Assembly: GCA_002269645.1 (NCBI GenBank)
Contig: NIVC01002336.1
Coordinates: forward strand, 97,053 to 161,052
Reading direction: 5' to 3'
DNA from: Macrostomum lignano
Taxonomy: Eukaryota
Length of the DNA stretch: 64,000 nucleotides
Part shown: positions 46,801 through 58,651 of the stretch, one piece after another
How the letters are laid out: the number at the start of each line of letters is the position of its first letter
How positions within the stretch are numbered: the stretch's first letter is position 1
Position numbers and translations under genes: made by a program
Notes under the pieces: model-generated
The model's database searches: none
What the model was told of the DNA's origin: nothing
Seen by the model: only the letters and a program-made list of their open reading frames with translations

Positions 46801-49800
46801 GGGTAGAGATGGGAAATGGGGTAGAGATGGGAAATGGGGTAGAGATGGGAAATGGGGAGAGATGGGAAATGGGGGAAAGATGGGAAATGGGGGAGAGATG
46901 GGAAATGGGGAGAGATGGGAAATGGGGGAGAGATGGGAAATGGGGAGAGATGGGAAATGGGGGAGAGATGAGAAATGGGGAGAGATGGGAAATGGGGAGA
47001 GATGGGAAATGGGGGAGAGATGAGAAATGGAGGAGAGATGAGAAATGGGGGAGAGATGGGGAATGGAGGAGAGATGAGAAATGGGGGAGAGATGGGAAAT
47101 GGGGGAGAGATGGGAAATGGGGGAGAGATGGGAAATGGGGGAGAGATGGGAAATGGGGGAGAGATGGGAAATGGAGTAGAGAGAGAGGAAATGGAGAGAG
47201 ATGAGAAATGGGGGAGAGATGAGAAATGGGGGAGAGATGGGAAATGGGGTAGAGATGGGAAATGGGGTAGAGATGGGAAATGGGGGAGAGATGGGAAATG
47301 GGGGAGAGATGGGAAATGGGGGAGAGAGAGGAAATGGAGAGAGATGAGAAATGGGGGAGAGATGGGAAATGGGGGACAGATGGGTAGTGAGGAGGTTCCG
47401 GAAAGTAGGAGAAATGGAAACTATTATAAACTATAACAAAAAAGCCATTTGAAGTACCGTCAGTTTGTCTGCCGCAATGCTTTCCATCGCAGGTATTCGT
47501 CTGGGGCCAGGACCGGGGTCAATTCGGTCAGCCGCTTCTGCCGTCGAATCAGCAGCAGCCTCGAGTGGTAGCTCGACCGACCCCGCTGGCTTGCTTGGCG
47601 CACATGCATCAGCAGCAGCAGCAGCAGCGGCAGCAGCTGGACCAGGGCTCCGCTACAGTGTGGGATCCTGCCGCTGGTGGCAAAAGCGGTAGCGGCGGCA
47701 TCAGCATTCTGGCCTGGGCCAGCTGCGATTCCGCCCTATTGGTGCACATTGAGCGTCGGCATAGTCAGCACAGGCAGCTACAGCGAGATCACTGCCTGCT
47801 GCTGCTGCACTCTGGGCAGGTGTGTTTCATTTGCTTGTGCCCAGCAATTGGGGATCTGGGAGGCTGTGGCCCAGTAACTGAGGATCTGGGAGGCTGGCCC
47901 AGCAATTGGGGATCTGGGAGGCTGGCCCAGCAACTGAGAATCTGGGAGGCTGGCCCAGCAATTTGGGATTTGGGAGGCTGGCCCAGCAACTGAGGATCTG
48001 GGAGGCTGGCCCAGCAACTGAGGATCTGGGAGGCTGGCCCAGCAATTGGGGATCTGGGAGGCTGGCTTAGCAACTGACACTCTGGGAGGCTGGCCCAGCA
48101 ACTGAGGATCTGGGAGGCTGGCCCAGCAATTGGGGATCTGGGAGGCTGGCCCAGCAACTGACACTCTGAGAGGCTGGCCCAGCAATTGGGGATCTGGGAG
48201 GCTGTGGCCCAGCAACTGAGGATCTGAGAGGCTGGCCCAGCAATTGGGGATTTGGGAGGCTGGCCCAGCAACTGAGAATCTGGGAGGCTGACCCAGCAAT
48301 TTGGGATTTGGGAGGCTGTGGCCCAGCAATTGGGGATCTGGGAGGCTGTGGCCCAGCAACTGAGGATCTGGGAGGCTGTGGCCCAGCAACTGAGGATCTG
48401 AGAGGCTGGCCCAGCAATTGGGGATCTGGGAGGCTGTGGCCCAGCAACTGAGGATCTGGGAGGCTGGCCCAGCAATTGGGGATCTGGGAGGCTGGCCCAG
48501 CAACTGACACTCTGGGAGGCTGGCCCAGCAATTGGGGATCTGGGAGGCTGTGGCCCAGCAACTGAGGATCTGAGAGGCTGGCCCAGCAATTGGGGATTTG
48601 GGAGGCTGGCCCAGCAACTGAGAATCTGGGAGGCTGACCCAGCAATTTGGGATTTGGGAGGCTGTGGCCCAGCAATTGGGGATCTGGGAGGCTGTGGCCC
48701 AGCAACTGAGGATCTGGGAGGCTGTGGCCCAGCAACTGAGGATCTGAGAGGCTGGCCCAGCAATTGGGGATCTGGGAGGCTGTGGCCCAGCAACTGAGGA
48801 TCTGGGAGGCTGGCCCAGCAATTGGGGATCTGGGAGGCTGGCCCAGCAACTGACACTCTGGGAGGCTGGCCCAGCAATGGGGATCTGGGAAGCTGGCCCA
48901 GATACTGAGGATCTGAGAGGCTGGCCCAGCAATTGGGGATTTGGGAGGCTGGCCCAGCAACTGAGGATCTGGGAGGCTGGCCCAGCAATTGGGGATTTGG
49001 GAGGCTGTGGCCCAGCAATTGGGGATCTGGGAGGCTGTGGCCCAGCAACTGAGGATCTGGGAGGCTGTGGCCCAGCAACTGAGGATCTGGGAGGCTGTGG
49101 CCCAGCAACTGCGGATCTGGGAGGCTGGCTTAACAACTGGGGATCTGGGAGGCTGGCTTAGCAACTGGGGATCTGGGAGGCTGCTATTTTTACGGTTGGG
49201 ATTAAAAAAGATATTATCAACTTGTTGGAATTTATTATACGCAATATTAGCTACAGCCTGAGGGGTTTGATTAGTGACAGAGCAGTTCAGTGGTGAACGC
49301 GTCTGACTCTCGCGCCCACGACCCCTGGTTTGATTCCGTTCGTGGTCAGGTTTTCGGGGCTCGTGTGCATGAAAATTGGCTTAGGGGGTTGTTGTGTGCG
49401 ATTCACACCTTTGAGGGGGTTGTGAGTGTACATACCTGACGATTAGACAGTCAGGGCTGCTGTACACCCTGTGTGAGCGCGTGTGAGTTCTGTGCCTGCG
49501 TACAGTATTTGCGCGCTTGCATGTTGCTCAGGAGTCAGCGGAATTGGCAGAGCCGCCTTCGCGCTTTTAACTCCAGGTGACCAACATAGCGCCTAAGTGG
49601 AGCGGCCTGCGCAGCGTCATGCTGGCTGAGGACCCGAGCTATTTTGGCCGCTGCCTCACCGCCTGCCTGTTAACTTTGGCCGGCGAACTGTTCCTATGGC
49701 AACCGGGCTGGCAACAGGTGAGCGCCCATCCTCGGCCTACACATCCGTCCCCACTCCGTACACATGCGCCCCCACTCCCTACACATGCGCCCCCACTCCC

Positions 49801-52800
49801 TACAGATCCGCCCCCACTCCCTACAGATCCGCCCCCACTCCCTACAGATCCGCCCCCACTCCCTACAGATCCGCCCCCACTCCCTACAGATCCGCCCCCA
49901 CTCCCTACAGATCCGCCCCCACTCCCTACAGATCCGCCCCCACTCCCTACACATGCGCCCCCACTCCCTACACATGCGCCCCACTCCCTACAGATCCGCC
50001 CCCACTCCCTACACATGCGCCCCCACTCCCTACACATGCGCCCCACTCCCTACAGATCCGCCCCCACTCCCTACAGATCCGCCCCACTCCCTACAGATCC
50101 GCCCCCACTCCCTACAGATCCGCCCCCTCTCCCTACACATCCGCCCCCACTCCCTACACATCCGCCCCCACTTCCTACATATCCGCCCTCCCTCCGTACA
50201 CATCCGTCCTCACTCCGTATAGCTCCGCTCCGACTCCCTAAAGATCCGCCTCACTCCATACAGATCCGCCTCCACTCCCTAAAGATCCGCCTCCACTCCC
50301 TTCAGATCCGCCCCCACTCCCTACAGATCCGCCTCCACTCCCTAAAGATCCGCCCCCACTCCATACAGATCCGCCTCCACTCCCTAAAGATCCGCCTCAC
50401 TCCATACAGATCCGCCTCCACTCCCTAAAGATCCGCCTCCACTCCCTACAGATCCGCCCCCACTCCCTACAGATCCGCCTCCACTCCCTAAAGATCCGCC
50501 TCACTCCATACAGATCCGCCTCCACTCCCTACAGATCCGCCTCCACTCCCTACAGATCCGCCCCCACTCCCTACAGATCCGCTCTCTTTCTCAACCACCG
50601 CTCCCCCTCGCAGCCGCTCCGACTCCGTCCGCGGCCCTCGCCGCTCGGCACCGTCACCAGCGCCTGTCTGACCCACCGCGCCCTGCTGATCGGCACCGGC
50701 CGAGGCCGCGGCTACCGCGTAGACTTGTCCTCGCCGACTCGCCTCTCTTCGCGCTCGACACTGTCGACAACGGCTGCCGTCTCCTCCGTATCCCTGTCCG
50801 CCCCGTCGGATTCGATCCCGGACTGCACCGGACGGCCCGACTGTTTGCCGATCCACGCGGCCGAGCCTTCGCCTCTCTGCAGGTGTCGCCCAGGCATTTC
50901 CTCACCGACTTGCCCGAGCCTCCGGCCCCGCTAGTCTACGCCGACATGGCCGACTGTCTCGCCGAGCTGCTCGATCGGGCGCATGAAACCGGCGCCGATG
51001 CCGAACTTGTCGGCTCCGACGGCGTCCGAATCGGCGCGCATCGATTCCTGCTGGCCGACCGGTCTGCCGCCCTGGCCGATTGGCTGATCAACTGCTGTCA
51101 CCACGGCGATGACAGCAGCAAGGAGGTCCGGACCATCGGTCCTTGGCTTCGATTGGTCCAGTCTAGCGCGGAACTGGCAGTCATCGCTAGCGACTGCCTC
51201 ACTGGCGGCCAGATCTACGATCTGCTTGCCTATCTGTACTGCGGCCGGGGCGGCGGCGGCGCCAAAGGCGGCCCATTGGCCGAGGTGTGCAAAGCTCTCC
51301 GATTGAAGTCTGGGCGCATGCGGCGCTTCGAAGCTAATCCGTGAGCGATTGGATGGCATGCTTCTGTTCGCCTCCAGATCCTCAGTTGTTGCGCCAGCCT
51401 CCAGGATCCTCAGTTGCTGGGCCAGCCTCCCAGATCCTCAGTTGCTGGGCCAGCCTCCAGGATCCTCAGTTGCTGGGCCAGCCTCCCAGATCCTCAGTTG
51501 CTGGGCCAGCCTCCAGGATCCTCAGTTGCTGGGCCAGCCTCCCAGATCCTCAGTTGCTGGGCCAGCCTCCAGGATCCTCAGTTGCTGAGCCAGCCTCCCA
51601 GATCCTCAGTTGTTGCGCCAGCCTCCAGGATCCTCAGTTGCTGGGCCAGCCTCCCAGATCCTCAGTTGTTGCGCCAGCCTCCAGGATCCTCAGTTGCTGG
51701 GCCAGCCTCCAGATCCTCAGTTGCTGGGCCAGCCTCCCAGATCCTCAGTTGTTGCGCCAGCCTCCAGGATCCTCAGTTGCTGGGCCAGCCTCCCAGATCC
51801 TCAGTTGCTGGGCCAGCCTCCCAGATCCTCAGTTGTTGGGCCAGCCTCCCAGATCCTCAGTTGTTGGGCCAGCCTCCCAGATCCTCAGTTGCTGGGCCAG
51901 CCTCCCAGATCCTCAGTTGTTGGGCCAGCCTCCCAGAGTGTCAGTTGCTGGGCCAGCCTCCCAGAGTGTCAGTTGCTGGGCCAGCCTCCCAGATCCTCAG
52001 TTGTTGGGCCAGCCTCCCAGAGTGTCAGTTGTTGCGCCAGCCTCCAGGATCCTCAGTTGCTGGGCCAGCCTCCCAGAGTGTCAGTTGCTGGGCCAGCCTC
52101 CCAGATCCTCAGTTGCTGGGCCAGCCTCCCAGATCCTCAGTTGCTGGGCCAGCCTCCCACTCAAATCCTCACTGCATCCCCACTCACCCTCCCAGACCCC
52201 TAGCCGTGGACCGCTGCAATCCCGACGGCGCCGGTCACTTTGTCGACCTCACCATCGAGTCGGCGCCGCTGTCAGACCGGCCGGACGTCAGCAGCAGCAA
52301 CAGCAGCTGGGCCTGCCACTCCGCTCTGCTGTCGGCCCGGTCCGACTACTTCACGGCCATGCTGATGGCCCGGCACTACGGCGGCTGGCGGGAGGCGACT
52401 ACGGCCTGTCTGAGCCTGCCCTACCCGTCCAGCCTCCTGTCCGCCATCTTGGCCTACTTGTACACCGCCGATGTCCGCCTGGTGCTCAGCCCGAACCAGG
52501 ACCTCGCGCCCGACCTGCTGGACGCCGCCGACTATCTTCAACTGCCCGGCCTTCGGCTGGCCTGCGAGGCCGAACTCGCCCAGCGGCTTCACCTGCGCAG
52601 CTTCGCCGGCCTCGCTGTCCTGGCCGACAGTCGCAATGCGGACAGACTGCTGGCCGCCTGCGTCCAATTCGCGGCCAACAATCTGCCGGCCATGCTGGAA
52701 TCGGCCGGACACTGCCTGGCCGGACTGCCGGCCGGTCTGCTTGGCCGGCTTGGCCAGGATCTGCGCGGTCGCCTCCGCCCAGCCGGCCGGCGGTTCCAAC

Positions 52801-55279
52801 CGATCGACTGCGGCCGCAGTATCGTCGAGCTGCTGCCCGGCTGGCTGGCCGGAATATCGTCGGACGAGCTGCCGCTGCCGATTCCGCCAGCGCCGTCCAT
52901 TGCTGCTGCTGGAATCGTTGGAGAAGCCGCGTCGGAAAATTCGCCTGCAGCGTCGGCAACGGCGGCAGCATCGACAAAGCGGCGTCGAAGTCGGGGCAGC
53001 AGCAGCAGCGCCTCGGTGTCGCTGGAGAAATGTCCCGAGCTGAACCTGCTGCTGCCAGTAGCCAGCGAGTCGGTGAAGGAGGTCGAGGAGGAGGACGGCG
53101 CCGAGCGGCAACGGTTGACAGCACCTGCCAGTGCGGTCGGCAGCTACGCAGCCAAGCTGCTGTCGGCCACGTCGCCGCCACCGACGCCGCCAGAGCCGCA
53201 ACAGGCCGTCCGTCTGCCGACATTTAAGCGACAGTCGCAGCGACAACGCAAGTCCCAGTCCCAGTCACAGTCCCAGTCCCAGTCACAGTCCAGTCATCAG
53301 CAGCAGCAATCCAGCATTGGCGACGCTAACTTGTCGGAATTGCCAACCGAGGAATCAGCGGCCGACCGAGTTATCACTGACCGGCCGTCGCTGTCGGAAA
53401 TCATGGCCGAACAGACTCAGTCGAACTCAGATTCGAGCTCGAACCCGGCGCCGTCGGCAGCCGCCCGCATGCCGGCGTTCAAGCGTCAGTCGCAGCGCCA
53501 GCGCAAATCTCTGTCGATGTCATCCGCCGCTCCGCCGACGGCCGAGGACGAGCAGCGGCAGCCAGCCACCGCTTCGACGCCGCCGCGCAAAGCCTGGAAG
53601 CCGCTGCCGACACCACCGACGCCGACGACAGCTTCTCCGCCGACGCCAACAGACTCTTCGCCGTTGATTTCTGGCGATTCGTCCTTCAATTCCTCCAATT
53701 TCAAAGTCATCGTGGCGTCTGCCGAGGCTGAGCAGGCGGTGCTGAAACGGCGGCTGACGAAGCCGCTACATCTTATTCAGGTGAGTCGGCATGGACCATT
53801 CTAGTCACTCGGTTGGTCATTGGCCCCATTCTAGTCACTCGGTTGGTCATTGGCCCCATTCTAGTCACTCGGTTGGTCATTGGCCCCATTCTAGTCACTC
53901 GGTTGGTCATTGGCCCCATTCTAGTCACTCGGTTGGTCATTGGCCCCATTCTAGTCACTCGGTTGGTCATTGGCCCCATTCTAGTCACTCGGTTGGTCAT
54001 TGGCCCCATTCTAGTCACTCGGTTGGTCATTGGCCCCATTCTAGTCACTCGGTTGGTCATTGGCCCCATTCTAGTCACTCGGTTGGTCATTGGCCTCATT
54101 CTAGTCACTCGGTTGGTCATTGGCCTCATTCTAGTCACTCGGTTGGTCATTGGCCCCATTCTAGTCACTCGGGTTGGTACTTGGCCCCATTCTAGTCACT
54201 CGGGTTGGTACTTGGCCCCATTCTTGTAACTCGGTTGGTCATTGGCCCCATTCTTGTCACTCGGGTTGGTCATTGTTCCCATTGTAGTCACTCGGGTTGG
54301 TCATTGTTCCTACTCTAGTCGCTCGGGTTGGTCATTGTTCCTACTCTAGTCACTCGGGTTGGTCATTAACCCCATTCTAGGCACTCGGTTGGTCATTGGC
54401 CCCATTCTAGTCACTCGGGTTGGTACTTGGCCCCATTCTTGTAACTCGGTTGGTCATTGGCCCCATTCTTGTCACTCGGGTTGGTCATTGTTCCCATTCT
54501 TGTCACTCAGGTTGGTCATTGTCCCTACTCTAGTCGCTCGGGTTGGTCATTGGCCCCATTCTAGGCACTCGGTTGGTCATTGGCCCCATTCTAGTCACTC
54601 GGGTTGGTACTTGGCCCCATTCTAGTCACTCGGTTGGTCATTGGCCCCATTCTAGTCACTCGGGTTGGTCATTGTTCCCATTCTTGTCACTCGGGTTGGT
54701 CATTGTTCCCATTCTAGTCACTCGAGTTGGTCATTGGCCCCATTCTAGTCACTCGGGTTGTTCATTGTTCCCATTCTTGTCACTCGGGTTGGTCATTGGC
54801 CCCATTCTAGTCACTCGGGTTGGTCATTGTTCCCATTCTTGTCACTCGGGTTGGTCATTGGCCCCATTCTAGTCACTCGGTTGGTCATTGGCCCCATTCT
54901 AGTCACTCGGGTTGGTCATTGTTCCCATTCTTGTCACTCGGGTTGGTCATTGTTCCTACTCTAGTCGCTCGGGTTGGTCATTGGCCCCATTCTAGTCACT
55001 CGTTTTTGTCATTGTTCCCATTAGTCACTCGGGCTGGTCATTGTCCACATTCTAGTCACTCTGTCAGTCAGTGCCCTTATCAGCTCAGTCAGACCGTACA
55101 GATTAACCAGTTGTCACCTGTGTCAGATCGAGGAGGCGGCGATGCTCCAGCTGAAGCAGCTCTACCTAAGCGAGGACTCAGCCAGCCGCTATGAATGCAG
55201 AATCACGGTGGACTATTGCACAGAGGCCTGCGCCCAGCCGCTGTGGCCAGTTGTGCAAAATAATAAAAATGCTTGCTGA
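43856..55279 (+). CDS. IBTK: Inhibitor of Bruton tyrosine kinase homolog (ankyrin - RCC1-like - 2x BTB); apparent 1-nt deletion in exon 5
   Basis: Exons 43856-44245, 46063-46722, 47493-47819, 49577-49717, 50614-51340, 52196-53780 and 55127-55279. Ankyrin repeats ([23 protein letters not shown]), RCC1 repeats ([28 protein letters not shown]), BTB1 ([10 protein letters not shown]), BTB2 ([13 protein letters not shown]) and an IBTK-like C-terminus (LHLIQIEEAAM...QPLW). Confidence 0.88.
44270..45905. repeat. 20-bp minisatellite, about 80 copies, IBTK intron 1
   Basis: Unit CTCTGATCCCCATTATGACA with GGCA/GATA/GATG variants. Confidence 0.97.
46750..47385. repeat. ~19-bp purine-rich minisatellite, IBTK intron 2
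   Basis: Unit GGGAGAGATGGGAAATGGG, rich in G-runs. Confidence 0.95.
47843..49185. repeat. 28/30-bp minisatellite, IBTK intron 3
   Basis: Unit GATCTGGGAGGCT(GT)GGCCCAGCAACTGAG or ...CAATTGGG. Confidence 0.97.
49276..49555 (+). mobile_element. Near full-length tRNA-headed SINE in IBTK intron 3
   Basis: The head has an A-box-like CAGTTCAGTGG and a B-box-like GGTTTGATTCC in tRNA-like spacing (49276-49347), followed by the body shared with three other copies. Confidence 0.75.
49750..50580. repeat. 21-bp C-rich minisatellite, IBTK intron 4
   Basis: Unit CCCCCACTCCCTACAGATCCG. Confidence 0.97.
51366..52160. repeat. 28-bp minisatellite, IBTK intron 5 (reverse complement of the intron 3 array)
   Basis: Unit CCTCCCAGATCCTCAGTTGCTGGGCCAG. 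Confidence 0.97.
53790..55060. repeat. 30-bp minisatellite, IBTK intron 6
   Basis: Unit CTAGTCACTCGGTTGGTCATTGGCCCCATT; homogeneous 5' part and variant 31-bp units toward the 3' end. Confidence 0.97.
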
Positions 55280-55436
55280 AATTATTCATTTTTTCTGTGT
55301 GTGTTTTGAGAGCAGCGGAACCTTCAATGCTGTGTAGGTTGTCGGGTTGTTTTTTCCTATGCTGCTGCAGCCCCTTATCTTTCAGAATCTTTTGGTTTGT
55401 AGCTGAACTAGCCATCTTAATAACAGGATAAAGGGA

Positions 55437-56145
55437 TGCAACTCCCATTGTGAGCCATGGCATCTCAGCAACTGCCCCATTGTGAGCCATGGCATCTCAG
55501 CAGCTCCCCCATTGTGAGCCATGGCATCTCAGCAACTGCCCCATTGTGAGCCATGGCATCTCAGCAACTACCCCATTGTGAGCCATGGCATCTCAGCAAC
55601 TCCCCATTGTGAGCCATGGCATCTCAGCAACTGCCCCATTGTGAGCCATGGCATCTCAGCAACTACCCCATTGTGAGCCATGGCATCTCAGCAACTCCCC
55701 ATTGTGAGCCATGGCATCTCAGCAACTCCCCCATTGTGAGCCATGGCATCTCAGCAACTCCCCCATTGTGAGCCATGGCATCTCAGCAACTCCCCCATTG
55801 TGAGCCATGGCATCTCAGCAGCTCCCCCATTGTGAGCCATGGCATCTCAGCAACTGCCCCATTGTGAGCCATGGCATCTCAGCAACTCCCCCATTGTGAG
55901 CCATGGCATCTCAGCAGCTCCCCCATTGTGAGCCATGGCATCTCAGCAACTCCCCCATTGTGAGCCATGGCATCTCAGCAACTCCCCATTGTGAGCCATG
56001 GCATCTCAGCAGCTCCCCCATTGTGAGCCATGGCATCTCAGCAACTGCCCCATTGTGAGCCATGGCATCTCAGCAACTCCCCCATTGTGAGCCATGGCAT
56101 CTCAGCAGCTCCCCCATTGTGAGCCATGGCATCTCAGCAACTACA
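55437..56145. repeat. 31-32-bp minisatellite, about 22 copies, 3' of IBTK
   Basis: Unit CCCCATTGTGAGCCATGGCATCTCAGCAACTC. Confidence 0.96.
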
Positions 56146-56684
56146 TACCCCGAGCCCCTTTAAGCACTATTCTAGCAACAAAAGTTACATAGAAGGTTTC
56201 CTGATTTATCAAAAATTAATAAAATGAGTTCGGCTTGTCAATCATATAATTACTTGTATTTAGAATCATATTTTTCTCCAAATCTCCTTGTAAATCAATA
56301 GGCTAGTTGGGTTGCGTCTTAACTTCGCCATGAGGTGATATTTGTCGTATTGTACTCTGATAGATGAAGTCGTACATTGATTTATTAGTCTAGATTCCTC
56401 TCTGCAATGTTGCAATTTTTCATCCAAATGATCTATGATTTTACTTTGGCGTTTGTTTTATCAATAAAAAGTACAATTAGCTGGAGATATGCTTGACTTT
56501 GTTTGCGCTTTTAATTGAATACTTTTGCTAGTACAAGAAATTATGGAATTGAGGTCGCGTACATGAGCTGCACACTTCAGTTTTGGTTTTGGGAGTTTCA
56601 CGGAGCAGCCACTCTGCTCAGTCAATCATTACCGCTCTTGCAGACCGGTTGGCATCGCTTCTATTTCTTTTTTAATGACAAGAT

Positions 56685-57608
56685 GCTCTCACAGCAGCTC
56701 TCAGTATTGAGTGCTCAAGCACTGTCACACACCAGTTCTCACAGCAGCTATCAGTATTGAGTGCTCAAGCACTGTCACACACCAGTTCTCACACCAGCTA
56801 TCAGTATTGAGTGCTCAAGCACTGTCACACACCAGTTCTCACAGCAGCTATCAGTATTGAGTGCTCAAGCACTGTCACACACCAGCTATCAGTATTGAGT
56901 GCTCAAGCACTGTCACACGCCAGTTCTCACAGCAGCTATCAGTATTGAGTGCTCAAGCACTGTCACACACCAGTTCTCACAGCAGCTATCAGTATTGAGT
57001 GCTCAAGCACTGTCACACACCAGTTCTCACACCAGCTATCAGTATTGAGTGCTCAAGCACTGTCACACACCAGTTCTCACAGCAGCTATCAGTATTGAGT
57101 GCTCAAGCACTGTCACACACCAGCTATCAGTATTGAGTGCTCAAGCACTGTCACACGCCAGTTCTCACAGCAGCTATCAGTATTGAGTGCTCAAGCACTG
57201 TCACACACCAGTTCTCACAGCAGCTATCAGTATTGAGTGCTCAAGCACTGTCACACACCAGTTCTCACACCAGCTATCAGTATTGAGTGCTCAAGCACTG
57301 TCACACACCAGTTCTCACAGCAGCTATCAGTATGAGTGCTCAAGCACTGTCACACGCCAGTTCTCACAGCAGCTATCAGTATTGAGTGCTCAAGCACTGT
57401 CACACACCAGTTCTCACAGCAGCTATCAGTATTGAGTGCTCAAGCACTGTCACACGCCAGTTCTCACAGCAGCTATCAGTATTGAGTGCTCAAGCACTGT
57501 CACACACCAGTTCTCACAGCAGCTATCAGTATTGAGTGCTCAAGCACTGTCACACACCAGTTCTCACAGCAGCTATCAGTATTGAGTGCTCAAGCACTGT
57601 CACACGCC
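56685..57608. repeat. 50-bp minisatellite, about 18 copies
   Basis: Unit TCAGTATTGAGTGCTCAAGCACTGTCACACACCAGTTCTCACAGCAGCTA; starts at 56701 and 56751. Confidence 0.96.
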
Positions 57609-58651
57609 AATTGTCACAGGCACCAAGAGGATCGCGATTTGATGAGCCCTACTAACAGCAGTATATATAGCATAGGCCCTCACACATCCAGTGTAAAATT
57701 CAAACGAATACGATGAGTCATGTTTTTAAGGATGTGCTACATAGCAAAAACTACATCAGAGAGATAGATATTCTAAATTATTTATTATTGTAGATCGAAC
57801 TAGCTAACTTGTTATATAGTATCAATAATTATCTGCAGGATAAAATAATATATATGTAGTGAATGGTGCTGAGTGCGAATGCTGGGTCTCCTAATGCACT
57901 AGATCATGTAGCTAAATTGAATATCGCATGTGCAACAGTTGCTGCTAGGGTTAATAAATATTTCAGTAATTAGCATTGGCTAAATGTAGCTGCGAGTTGC
58001 TAAAGCAATTTGAGGAAAACGGTACGTTTTAGAACAGTGAGGCTTGCTAGTTGATAAAGAGAAAAAACACTTAATACTCTACTCGTAATGGCTCTTCGTG
58101 TAAGTAGGTTATCGATGCGGTGTCTAAATTTAAATGACAATTCATCATGCACTGCAGGATGCATTGCATATCTAACACCTGCACTCGATAATTGTACAAT
58201 AATATCCATTTTTCTTGACGAATTCCAATTCATCCTAAATTATGCTACTTAAGCTACTAAAAGTAGGATAGAGTAGTCTATTTTGAGTAAAATTTAGGGT
58301 CTACAATGCTATTGTCGTTGCAATTATCTTGATGAATCACAAGGTTTCTTAGAAAAAAATAAAAGGCTATACTAATAAACTAAGAAAATAAAATTACGAG
58401 CTATACTATACATTGTTTTCACTTATCTAATGAAATATTATTTATTAAATATAATAGGTTATTTTTTCACTCAGTTGCTTCGTATCTCGGTTAGCGTACT
58501 TTCCGCTCGAATTCGGCCTTCGAAACTTTTCTAAGAAACAAAAAGTTTTTCATCCTTGTACTGGAGTAGTCCTTGATTAATCCTCTTTAGCTTGAGTAAG
58601 CTATACTACTTAGCTGTACTACTAGAGTTCATCAATGGCCAAAATCAGAGC

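Noticed and set aside
47778-49164. Long ORFs of 365-452 aa on the minus strand
   Set aside because: They are translations of the stop-free strand of the intron 3 minisatellite. The same applies to ORFs at 2364-3006, 33544-33916, 40460-40885, 41592-42331, 46791-47436, 49577-50428 (beyond exon 4), 53773-55194 and 59201-59798.
49276-49347. Functional tRNA gene
   Set aside because: The acceptor stem is imperfect, the A and B boxes are degenerate, and it is fused to a repeated body, so it is better explained as a SINE head.
50725-50790. Programmed -1 ribosomal frameshift in IBTK
   Set aside because: No X XXY YYZ slippery heptamer is visible, and a similar single-base loss in TH points to assembly error.
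51341-53227. 628-aa ORF overlapping IBTK
   Set aside because: It is repeat translation plus a shadow frame of GC-rich exon 6; the BTB homology is in the 51414-53804 frame.
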